Shown one piece after another: positions 16,960-24,476 of a stretch of DNA of 43,856 bases. The stretch covers positions 1-43,856 of the forward strand of contig JBKJOD010000303.1 in NCBI GenBank assembly GCA_046593245.1, read 5' to 3'. The position numbers and the translations under genes are program-made. Each line of letters opens with the position of its first letter. Position 1 is the stretch's first letter. The notes under the pieces are model-generated. The model saw only the letters and a list, made by a program, of their open reading frames with translations. It did no database searches and was not told where the DNA came from. Source of the stretch: Phycisphaerales bacterium (GTDB lineage: Bacteria; Planctomycetota; Phycisphaerae; Phycisphaerales; UBA1924).

Positions 16960-17934
16960 ATGGAAGCGAGTGTTGAGCAGATTTCGCAGATGGAGCAGAA
17001 GCCCGTGCGGAAAGCACATGGGCGGGACGCTCATGCCACGGAGATGGGCGAGCGCGACCTGGCGGAACTCCTTGGCGCATTCAACGAGGTGACGACGAAA
17101 CTGCAGGCGGCGCACGAGTCGCTGCGCGCGGAAGTAGTGCGGCTGCAGGGGGAGTTGCGGCAGGCGAACGAACAGATCGAGCGTGGGAAGCGGCTGGCCG
17201 AACTGGGAGAGATGGCGGCCGGCATCGCGCACGAGGTGCGGAATCCGCTGGGATCCATTCGCTTGTACGCGCGGATGCTGGTGGATGACCTGGGTGTGGG
17301 TGGGGATCGAGCAAAGGAACGCGCGATCGCGGAGAAGATCGGCTCCGCGACGCGCGGGCTGGACGCGGTGGTGACGGATGTGCTGGCGTTTGCGCGCGAG
17401 GTGCGGCCACGGAGTGAGCCGGTGGAGGTGGGGGGGATGATCTCGCGAGCGATCGAGGAGTGTTTGACGAGTGACCGTGAGGAGCACGCGGGCGCGGGGC
17501 GTGTGCTGATCGTGCGCGATGACGAGATGGCGGAGATGGATGGGGAAATTGTTGCCTGCGATCCGTCGCAGATGCATCGGGCACTTGTGAATGTGCTTCG
17601 GAACGGCATTCAAGCGATGCGAGAGAAGGGCGGGGAATGCGAGATACGGGTCTCGGTCGAGCGGCGAACGCTCCCGGATTCGACGGGTGCCGCAAAGAGC
17701 TTTACGGCGATTGTGGTCCGCGATAGCGGCCCGGGGGTGCCGCCGGGCGTGATGGAACGGATGTTCAATCCGTTCTTCACAACGCGTGCGACCGGAACGG
17801 GGCTGGGGCTGGCGATCGTGCATCGCACGATGGATGCGCACGGCGGGCGCGTGCTGGTGCGCAATGTGGAGGGTGGCGGGGGAGCGATTGTCGAGTTGTT
17901 ACTGCCGGATCCGCCGGCGGAGCGAAGCAGGTAG
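16960..17934 (+). CDS. cytoplasmic (sensor-less) histidine kinase, NtrB/FlgS-like
   Basis: H-box AGIAHEVRNPLGSI, N-box LRNGIQAM, G1 DSGPGV, F FNPFFTT, G2 GTGLGLAI. There is no TM helix or PAS domain, only an N-terminal coiled coil. Confidence 0.9.
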   Translation: MEASVEQISQMEQKPVRKAHGRDAHATEMGERDLAELLGAFNEVTTKLQAAHESLRAEVVRLQGELRQANEQIERGKRLAELGEMAAGIAHEVRNPLGSIRLYARMLVDDLGVGGDRAKERAIAEKIGSATRGLDAVVTDVLAFAREVRPRSEPVEVGGMISRAIEECLTSDREEHAGAGRVLIVRDDEMAEMDGEIVACDPSQMHRALVNVLRNGIQAMREKGGECEIRVSVERRTLPDSTGAAKSFTAIVVRDSGPGVPPGVMERMFNPFFTTRATGTGLGLAIVHRTMDAHGGRVLVRNVEGGGGAIVELLLPDPPAERSR

Positions 17935-18024
17935 ATTGCTATTGGTATGAGTCAAAATCATCCCGATCGCCACGGATTGCGGCGAGCGGACACGGAAACA
18001 CGAGCGAGTCACGGAGGACAGGTC

Positions 18025-19596
18025 ATGAGCACGGTGCTGATTGTGGACGATAAGGAAATGCTGCGGGACAGCGTGGGCGCGACGCTGCAGCGAGCGGGCT
18101 TCGGGGTGGTGACGGCGACGAGCGGCGCGAATGCGCTCGAGCAGATTGCAAAGCGCCGGCCGGATTGCGTGGTGACGGACCTCAAAATGCCCAACATGAC
18201 CGGGCTGGAACTCGTGGAGAAAGCACGCGAGATCGACGATGCACTGCCGATGATCGTGATGACCGCGTACGGTGCAGTGGAGACGGCCGTGGAGGCGATT
18301 AAGCTCGGCGCATTTGATTATCTCACCAAGCCCTTCGAGGGTGATGAGCTGATTGTGGCCGTAAAGCGGGCCATCGAGCACGCGCGGCTGACGAAGGAGA
18401 ACGCAGTGCTCCGGACCGCAGTTGAGGGCACGCGAGCACCAGCAAACGCGGGACAGATGGGCACTTCCGGCATGATGCAGACCGGGCCCATGGGCCTGGA
18501 CCGCATCATCGGTGACTCGGGCATGATGCGTCGCGTGAAGCAGCAGATCGCCGCGGTGGCGGAAAGCCAGGGAACCGTGCTGATCTGCGGTGAGAGTGGC
18601 ACCGGCAAGGAAGTGGTCGCGCGGGCGGTGCATGATCTCAGCCCGCGAGCCAGCGAGACCTTTCTGGGCATGAACTGCGCCGCGATGAGCGAGACGCTGC
18701 TGGAGAGCGAGCTCTTTGGCCACGAGCGGGGCGCGTTCACAGGCGCGGAGAAGCTGCGCAAAGGGCGTTTCGAGCTGGCGGATCGCGGCTCGCTGCTGCT
18801 GGATGAGATCAGTGAGATTTCCAGGAGCGTGCAGGCGAAGCTGCTGCGCGTGCTGCAGGAGCGTTCGTTTGAGCGCGTCGGGTCGAGCATGACCATCGGC
18901 GTGGATGTCCGCGTGATTGCAACCAGCAACCGCGATCTGCCCAAAGCCGTCACCCGCGGCGATTTTCGGCAAGATCTGTTCTTCCGGCTCAACGTGTTGC
19001 CAATCCACATTCCGCCGCTGCGGGATCGGCTGGAGGATGTTCCCGCGCTGGTGGCGCACTTCGTGGCTCTCACGGCCCGTCGCGAGGGCAAGTCGCCCAA
19101 GGTTTTCTCGCCCGAGGCGATCACGGTGATGCAGCAGTACAACTGGCCGGGAAACGTGCGCGAGTTGCAGAACATAGTGGAGCGTGCGGTGGTGCTCACC
19201 CGCGGCGATACGGTTGAGCCTGGGATGATCGAGCCCTGGTTGCTCAGCGGTGATGAGGCCGTGAGTGTCGGTATGCAGGCCGCGGGACTTCCGATGAACG
19301 GAACCTACTACCAGAACGGCAACGGCACGATGACGGTGAGCGTGGAACGCAAACCACTGCACACGGACATCCTGCCACACGCGAATGGCACCGTAGCGAC
19401 GGCGGCGGCGGGTGAGGCGATCCCGATCGGCGGGCGTGCGCTGGAGGACATCGAGCGCGACGCCATAGTGCGGACGCTCAATAAGTTCAAGGGCCACCGC
19501 CAGCGGACGGCGGTGGAACTCCAGATTGGCGTGCGGACGCTGGGGTTGAAGCTCAAGAAGTGGAAGCAACTGCAGCTCGTGGACGCTGGGTTGTGA
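18025..19596 (+). CDS. sigma54-dependent response regulator (NtrC/FlgR/FleR-like)
   Basis: GGAGG 7 nt before the ATG at 18025. REC domain (VLIVDDKEML...VVTDLKMP...KP), AAA+ domain (GESGTGKE, ELFGHERGAFTGA, DEISE) and a Fis-type HTH (HRQRTAVELQIGVRTLGLKLKKW). An unusually long linker sits between the AAA+ domain and the HTH. Confidence 0.9.
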   Translation: MSTVLIVDDKEMLRDSVGATLQRAGFGVVTATSGANALEQIAKRRPDCVVTDLKMPNMTGLELVEKAREIDDALPMIVMTAYGAVETAVEAIKLGAFDYLTKPFEGDELIVAVKRAIEHARLTKENAVLRTAVEGTRAPANAGQMGTSGMMQTGPMGLDRIIGDSGMMRRVKQQIAAVAESQGTVLICGESGTGKEVVARAVHDLSPRASETFLGMNCAAMSETLLESELFGHERGAFTGAEKLRKGRFELADRGSLLLDEISEISRSVQAKLLRVLQERSFERVGSSMTIGVDVRVIATSNRDLPKAVTRGDFRQDLFFRLNVLPIHIPPLRDRLEDVPALVAHFVALTARREGKSPKVFSPEAITVMQQYNWPGNVRELQNIVERAVVLTRGDTVEPGMIEPWLLSGDEAVSVGMQAAGLPMNGTYYQNGNGTMTVSVERKPLHTDILPHANGTVATAAAGEAIPIGGRALEDIERDAIVRTLNKFKGHRQRTAVELQIGVRTLGLKLKKWKQLQLVDAGL

Positions 19597-19663
19597 TGTG
19601 AGGTGGAGAGGAAGCCCAAGCACGCGGAGGTTCACGGAGGGTGCGCCCAGGTTCGCTGAGAGA

Positions 19664-19712
19664 GAAATGGAGAGAAGAGCAAAGGCCCGTCTTTGTTGTC
19701 TATCTCCATTTC
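19664..19712 (+). repeat. 10-bp perfect inverted repeat GAAATGGAGA ... TCTCCATTTC
   Basis: Arms at 19664-19673 and 19703-19712 with a 29-nt loop, about 70 nt downstream of the regulator stop. No U-tract follows, so a terminator role is uncertain. Confidence 0.4.
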
Positions 19713-19715
19713 CCC

Positions 19716-19757
19716 CTCCCCGAACCCCTGCGAGCCCTCGGCGAACCTCTGCGTGCC
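19716..19757 (+). repeat. tandem doublet of a 21-nt unit (CTCCCCGAACCCCTGCGAGCC / CTCGGCGAACCTCTGCGTGCC)
   Basis: A second doublet of the same unit lies at 39488-39529. Consensus CTCnGCGAAYCCnTGCGnGnn. Confidence 0.55.
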
Positions 19758-19810
19758 CGATCCTTCGCCGCGCAACTCATGCGCGGAACATCGTTTGCGG
19801 ATGAATCAAC

Positions 19811-20248
19811 GTGCTGATTTCTGAACTCTCCAACTCTGGTGCCGTTCCCACGCTGGAAGCGATGGTGCGTTTCTCCGGGGCGCGGCAGCGGATCATCGCG
19901 CACAACATCGCGAATCTCGATACGCCGGATTTCCGGCCGCTGGATGTCTCGCCGACGGAGTTTCAGAAAGCCCTGGGCAAGGCGGTGGATGCTCGGCGTG
20001 CCGGGAGCGGCGACGCGGGCGAGTTGGCGTTCCATGGCACGGATCAGGTGCAGGTTGCGGCGGATGGAACGATGACGCTGATGCCGGGCACCCCGAGCGG
20101 CAACATTCTGTTCCACGATCGGAATAATCGGGATCTGGAAGGGTTGATGGCGCAGCAGGCAGAGAACGTCGGGGTGTTCCGCACCTCGATCGAGCTGTTG
20201 CGGAGCCGTTACGGGATCATGCAGGCGGCGATCAGCGAGCGAGTGTGA
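19811..20248 (+). CDS. flgB: flagellar basal-body rod protein FlgB
   Basis: LEAMVRFSGARQRIIAHNIANLDTPDF aligns position-for-position with Bacillus FlgB LENALSRADIKQKVITNNIANIDTPNY. The GTG start at 19811 gives a family-typical N-terminal length. Confidence 0.9.
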   Translation: MLISELSNSGAVPTLEAMVRFSGARQRIIAHNIANLDTPDFRPLDVSPTEFQKALGKAVDARRAGSGDAGELAFHGTDQVQVAADGTMTLMPGTPSGNILFHDRNNRDLEGLMAQQAENVGVFRTSIELLRSRYGIMQAAISERV

Positions 20249-20255
20249 GAGGGGA

Positions 20256-20287
20256 AGTGACGGAGTGAGCGAGTGACGGAGTGACGG
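20256..20287 (+). repeat. four tandem octamers AGTGACGG / AGTGAGCG / AGTGACGG / AGTGACGG
   Basis: Read directly in the 69-nt flgB-flgC spacer. Degenerate units flank it. TGA occurs in all three frames (20258, 20266, 20274). Confidence 0.7.
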
Positions 20288-20317
20288 AGCGGGGCAAGCG
20301 AAAGGCAGGGAAGCAGC

Positions 20318-20731
20318 ATGTACGGTTCACTGGACATCTCAACAAGCGGCATGATTGCCCAGCGAACGCGGCTGGAGGCGATCACCGCGAACATCGCCAA
20401 CAAAGACTCCATCATCGATGCCCGTGGCCAGAACAACCCGTATCAGCGAAAAACCGTCTTCTTTGCACCCGGGGATCCCACGGCGAAGACCGCGCCCGGT
20501 CGGCAGCTTGGCGTGCATGTGGCAACGATCCAGAGCGAGCCGATCTTTGATCCGAGGTACGAGCCGCAGAATCCGTTGGCAGATGCCAACGGGTATGTGA
20601 AGTATCCAGCGGTCAACGTTGTGTTCGAGCAGTTGAACGCGTACGAGGCCCAGCGGGCATACGAAGCGAATATTGCCGCGGCGGAAGCGACCAAGACGAT
20701 GTCGGCACAGGCGTTGCGGTTGCTCGGGTAA
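20318..20731 (+). CDS. flgC: flagellar basal-body rod protein FlgC
   Basis: MYGSLDISTSGMIAQRTRLEAITANIANKDS plus the C-terminal rod motif VNVVFEQLNAYEAQRAYEANIAAAEATKTM. Confidence 0.9.
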   Translation: MYGSLDISTSGMIAQRTRLEAITANIANKDSIIDARGQNNPYQRKTVFFAPGDPTAKTAPGRQLGVHVATIQSEPIFDPRYEPQNPLADANGYVKYPAVNVVFEQLNAYEAQRAYEANIAAAEATKTMSAQALRLLG

Positions 20732-20821
20732 GCCGGCCAGCAGTTCCGTGCGGCGAGCGTGTGCGGTCGGTGGGAGCCGATCGGAATGTGATAGGATGTT
20801 CGGAGTTGCCCGAGCGCGGGC

Positions 20822-21184
20822 GTGATGACGGATGGAACGAGACGAACCATGACGGATCCTCTGGGATTCATTTCTCGCGGTGCGGGTGGGTTGGGGGGCG
20901 CAGGAGCCGCCGGCTTTGGCGCGGGCGGTGTGCAGGGAGGGGCCAACGGTGCGCCCGTCAACGGCCCGTCTTTCAAGGATGTTCTAATGGAGAACATCAA
21001 GCAGGTGAACGACCTGCAGCAGGATGCGACCAGCGCGATCGAAGACCTGCAAACCGGCAAGCGGAACGATGTCGAAGGCGTAATGCTGGCGACGCAGAAG
21101 GCCGACATGGCTTTCAAGATGCTGGTGCAGCTCCGCAACAAGGTGCAGGGCGCATACGAGGAAATCAAGCAGCTCCGCGTCTGA
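20822..21184 (+). CDS. fliE: flagellar hook-basal body protein FliE
   Basis: SFKDVLMENIKQVNDLQQDATSAIEDLQTG...VMLATQKADMAFKMLVQLRNKVQGAYEEIKQLRV is typical FliE. The start is ambiguous: GTG 20822, ATG 20825 or ATG 20849. The two ATGs sit in a duplicated ATGACGGAT 9-mer. Confidence 0.8.
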   Translation: MMTDGTRRTMTDPLGFISRGAGGLGGAGAAGFGAGGVQGGANGAPVNGPSFKDVLMENIKQVNDLQQDATSAIEDLQTGKRNDVEGVMLATQKADMAFKMLVQLRNKVQGAYEEIKQLRV

Positions 21185-21201
21185 TTCGGCGACTGGGTGG
21201 C

Positions 21202-21230
21202 CCGCCGCTCCACGGCGGTTGTCCTTTGTT
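21202..21230 (+). terminator. terminator/attenuator-like hairpin after fliE
   Basis: CCGCCG (21202-21207) / CGGCGG (21213-21218) with a 5-nt loop, followed by TTGTCCTTTGTT. It starts 18 nt after the fliE stop. Confidence 0.35.
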
Positions 21231-21398
21231 CGCCGATCGAATCGGTCGTAACCACGCCCGGAACGCGCGAGAGTTGCGCATCGCGGGCGATCTGACGCGC
21301 AAGATAAAACTCCTTCAAGCGCAGAATGAGCGTGGGCCGACAATAGCGACACGATCGTGGTGGCGTGGCGTTCGCTGCGGCATTGAGCGATCCAGAGA

Positions 21399-21450
21399 CA
21401 TGGGCCGGAAAGCCCATGCCACTCGAAACATGGGCAGGATGCCCGTGGCA
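21399..21450 (+). repeat. pair of REP-like hairpins (type A CATGGGCCGGAAAGCCCATGCCAC + type B CATGGGCAGGATGCCCGTGGCA)
   Basis: Stems CATGGGC/GCCCATG (21399-21418) and CATGGGC/GCCCGTG (21429-21447, one G-U pair). Related copies lie at 8316-8334, 8403-8421, 9829-9852, 38116-38138 and 41322-41351. Confidence 0.6.
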
Positions 21451-21476
21451 TGGATGTTGGCAGGAGGCCGGCGCGG

Positions 21477-23258
21477 ATGGATCGACTTCGCACCATTTTG
21501 GCGGGGATACAGAAGCAGCTCGGACTGCTGACGGTCACTCAGAAACTGCTCATCGCCTCGCTCTGTGTGCTGGCGCTGATGACATTCTTTCTGGTCGCCC
21601 AATACACCGGCTCGCCCGCCACCATCGCGCTTTTTCCCAGCGGAACCGCCGAAGACCAGCAGAAGGCCGCGGCGTTTCTCAAGCAGCGCGGATTTGATAT
21701 CAAGATCGCCACCGACGGCAAGGTCATGATGCTGCCGGACCAGCGATACATCGCACTGGCGGCGATGACCAAGGAGCAGCAGCTCCCCACAGACAAGAAG
21801 CTGATGTTCGAGTCGCTGGTGACGCAGACGAGCTGGATCGAGGACCTGCAGACCAAGAAGACCAAGCGCAACTACGCGCTGCAGAACGAGCTGAACAAGA
21901 TCATCCGCGCGATGGGGTTTGATGACGCTGCTGTGATCATTGATGTGCCGATCGACGCCGGCGGCATCGGGGCCGCGGCGCGGAAGCCGGTAGCGCAGGT
22001 GACGGTGTTCCCGCCCAGCGGGCAGGGGCTCGAGCAGGGAAGCGTCAACGCCCTGGCGGATATGGTTGGGGGAAGCGTTGCGGGGCTGAGTCCCCGAGAG
22101 ATTTCTGTGATCGACGGACGCAGCAGGCGGTCGTACAAAGCCGTGAGCGCGGACGATTTGGCCTTCGGTGGCGGGGCGTACATTGAGCAGGCGGCCAAGG
22201 TGGAGAAGCGTCTGCACGAGAAAATCGTGGAGCACCTTCGGTTTATGCCCGAAGTGAGTGTCAGCGTGAACGCAATCGTGGATGCCGTCAAACGGGAGCG
22301 CGAGCGTACAGCGGTCTTGCCCAAGGGGCAGGGCTCGGTATCGATGCCCACGGAAGAAACCAGCGCGACGACCACAACTTCTAACAACGCCAAAGGCGGC
22401 ATCGAGCCGGGCGTGCAGGCCAATACCGGCGCGGACCTGAATCGCGGCGGCAGCAGCGGTGGGGCCGATTCCAGTAACAACGAGACCAGCACGGTGAAAA
22501 GCTCCGTGATGTTCGGCAACGAGATCATCAAAGAGCGAGAAGCGATGGGGCGGCCAACGAAGATCAATGTCACGGTCAATGTGCCGCGCGAGTATGTGGC
22601 GGCGATCTGGAAACAAAACGCAGCGCCCGTCGCTCCCGCCGCGGGCGCGACCGGAGGTGCGGCGGCGAGCACTGAGCCGACCGAGAAGGACATCGCCGAT
22701 ACGTTCGACAAGAGCGTTCGGACGCAGATTGAGGGCATGATCCTGCCGCTGGTGGAGACGGAGGGCTCCATGGCCAGTGCGGCGATCAGCAGTGCGGCTC
22801 AACTGGTGTCGGGAACGGTGAAGGTCTCGCTGATTCCTATTTCCATGGCGAATATGGGTGGCGGGGGAATGAGCGGCGCGGGTGGCGGTAGCAAGGCTGG
22901 TTTCATGGGCGGCGGCGGCACATTCATGTCGCTGCTTGATGGCGGCATGATCAAGACCGTCGCGCTGGGCGTGCTCGCGATGGTGGCGCTGGGAATGATG
23001 TTCACGATGGTTCGTAAGGCGGGCAAGGCACCGTCGCTGCCGACTGCGGAGGAACTGGTGGGCATTCCTCCCGCGCTGGAGCCCGGCACGGAGGTCGTTG
23101 GCGAGGCGGTCGAGGGCGACACCGCGATGATCGGCATCGAGATTGATGATCAATCGCTCAAGACCGGCAAGATGCTCGAAGAGATCGGCACACTTGTCAA
23201 GAACAATCCGCAGACGGCGGCCTCCGTCTTCAACAGGTGGCTTACCGAGGGCGAGTGA
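21477..23258 (+). CDS. fliF: flagellar M-ring protein FliF
   Basis: AGGAGG (21462-21467) lies 9 nt before the ATG at 21477. N-terminal TM helix LLIASLCVLALMTFFLVA, a periplasmic FliF/YscJ-like region, a second TM helix (VALGVLAMVALGMMFTMV) and a C-terminal FliG-binding-type tail. Confidence 0.9.
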   Translation: MDRLRTILAGIQKQLGLLTVTQKLLIASLCVLALMTFFLVAQYTGSPATIALFPSGTAEDQQKAAAFLKQRGFDIKIATDGKVMMLPDQRYIALAAMTKEQQLPTDKKLMFESLVTQTSWIEDLQTKKTKRNYALQNELNKIIRAMGFDDAAVIIDVPIDAGGIGAAARKPVAQVTVFPPSGQGLEQGSVNALADMVGGSVAGLSPREISVIDGRSRRSYKAVSADDLAFGGGAYIEQAAKVEKRLHEKIVEHLRFMPEVSVSVNAIVDAVKRERERTAVLPKGQGSVSMPTEETSATTTTSNNAKGGIEPGVQANTGADLNRGGSSGGADSSNNETSTVKSSVMFGNEIIKEREAMGRPTKINVTVNVPREYVAAIWKQNAAPVAPAAGATGGAAASTEPTEKDIADTFDKSVRTQIEGMILPLVETEGSMASAAISSAAQLVSGTVKVSLIPISMANMGGGGMSGAGGGSKAGFMGGGGTFMSLLDGGMIKTVALGVLAMVALGMMFTMVRKAGKAPSLPTAEELVGIPPALEPGTEVVGEAVEGDTAMIGIEIDDQSLKTGKMLEEIGTLVKNNPQTAASVFNRWLTEGE

Positions 23259-23300
23259 TTGCAGGGCGATCGGTGCTGAATCAGCTGAAAGAGCGCAAGC

Positions 23301-24335
23301 ATGAAGGGCATGTCCAAACTACCAGACAATCCAGCCGAACTCAAGGGCATCTCTCGCGCCGCGATTCTGCTCATGACGCTGGACACGCCGACCGCGTCGA
23401 GTCTGCTCAAGCAACTCCCGTCGCAAGCAGTGGAAGAGGTCACACGCGAACTCGCGAGCATGGGACGCGTTCCCGATGCGCTCCGCAAGGCCGTGGTGGA
23501 GGAGTATTACGCACTCGCCGTCGGCTCGCAGTATCTCACCGAGGGCGGGCTTGAATACGCGACGGTGCTGCTCAAGGAGTCTCTCGACTCCGAAACCGCC
23601 GGGCGGATGCTGCAGCAGATTCAGACTCAGGTGCAGAAAACTCCATTCAGTTTCCTTCAGAAAGCCGAAACCGAAAACCTACTCACGTTTATCCAGGATG
23701 AGCACCCGCAGACCATCGCGCTGATCGTCTGCCATCTGCCCCACCACAAGGCGGCCGAAATTCTCGGCGGCCTGCCGATGCAGAAGCAGATCGAGGTCAT
23801 CAAACGCATCGCCAACATGGAGCAGACCAATCCCGAGGTCATCCGAGAGGTGGAGCGCGGCCTGGAATCCCGACTCTCAAACATGCTCAGCCAGAGCATG
23901 GAAAAAGCTGGCGGGATCAACACCGTCGCGGAGATTCTCAATCTCGCTGATCGTGCCACCGAGAAGGCGATCATGGAGGGGCTTGAGTCTGATGACCCCG
24001 AACTGGTCGAGGAAATCCGCCGGCTCATGTTCGTCTTTGAGGACATTCTCAAGGTGGACGACAAGGGCATCCAGGGCATCCTCAAGGAAGTGGACAACGA
24101 CGAGCTCGGCCTTGCGCTCAAGACCGCCAGCCAGGAACTGCAGCAGAAAATATTCAAGAACATGTCCGAGCGTGCTGCCACGCTCATCAAAGAGGACATG
24201 CAGTACATGGGCCCCGTGCGCGTCAGCGATGTGGAGTCCGCACAGCAGCGCATCGTGGACATCGTCCGGCGTCTGGAAGATGCTGGCGAGATCATCATCT
24301 CGGGCCGCGGCGGCGAGAGCGATCTGGTCGTGTGA
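23301..24335 (+). CDS. fliG: flagellar motor switch protein FliG
   Basis: ISRAAILLMTL, EHPQTIALIV, MFVFEDILKVDDKGIQGILKEV and KNMSERAATLIKEDM are canonical FliG motifs. Confidence 0.9.
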   Translation: MKGMSKLPDNPAELKGISRAAILLMTLDTPTASSLLKQLPSQAVEEVTRELASMGRVPDALRKAVVEEYYALAVGSQYLTEGGLEYATVLLKESLDSETAGRMLQQIQTQVQKTPFSFLQKAETENLLTFIQDEHPQTIALIVCHLPHHKAAEILGGLPMQKQIEVIKRIANMEQTNPEVIREVERGLESRLSNMLSQSMEKAGGINTVAEILNLADRATEKAIMEGLESDDPELVEEIRRLMFVFEDILKVDDKGIQGILKEVDNDELGLALKTASQELQQKIFKNMSERAATLIKEDMQYMGPVRVSDVESAQQRIVDIVRRLEDAGEIIISGRGGESDLVV

Positions 24336-24476
24336 GGGAAGTGAAGAAGCGGCGAAGTGACGGAGTGACAAAGCAAAAAGCCAAGAAAAAATCCCACGGT
24401 ACTCCCTTCACGTCTTTCAGCATGTATCCGCTCTCGCTGTTTTTACTCCGTCATTTGTTCACTCCGTCACTTCCCC
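24336..24476 (+). promoter_or_regulatory. structured 141-nt fliG-fliH spacer with purine-rich repeat and its inverted pyrimidine-rich copy
   Basis: GAAGTGACGGAGTGA (24354-24368) is perfectly complementary to TCACTCCGTCACTTC (24459-24473). GGGAAGTGA (24336-24344) is complementary to TCACTTCCC (24468-24476). The fliH ATG follows immediately with no Shine-Dalgarno sequence. Confidence 0.6.

Noticed and set aside
18481-18496. Perfect palindrome GGCCCATGGGCC inside the response-regulator gene, which resembles the REP-like stems.
   Set aside because: It lies within coding sequence (GPMGL) in the low-complexity REC-AAA+ linker and lacks the loop and flanks of the repeat family. It is probably coincidental.
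19785-19798. Sigma54-like -24/-12 element GGAACATCGTTTGC (GG-N10-GC with TTGC) just upstream of flgB and downstream of the sigma54 activator gene.
   Set aside because: The -12 GC lies only 12 nt before the GTG at 19811. That start is supported by alignment to FlgB homologues, so the mRNA would have to be leaderless with a GTG start. The GG also forms part of the hairpin CCGCGC-AACTCAT-GCGCGG (19768-19786). It would only be viable if flgB started at ATG 19862, which gives an N-terminus about 13-17 aa shorter than homologues.
21446-21460. Other sigma54-like matches: TGGCATGGATGTTGG upstream of fliF, and GGCGTTGATTTGC at 31109-31121 upstream of flgE.
   Set aside because: The first has GG instead of the invariant -12 GC and would start transcription inside or after the fliF ribosome-binding site. 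The second has the wrong spacing (one nt short).
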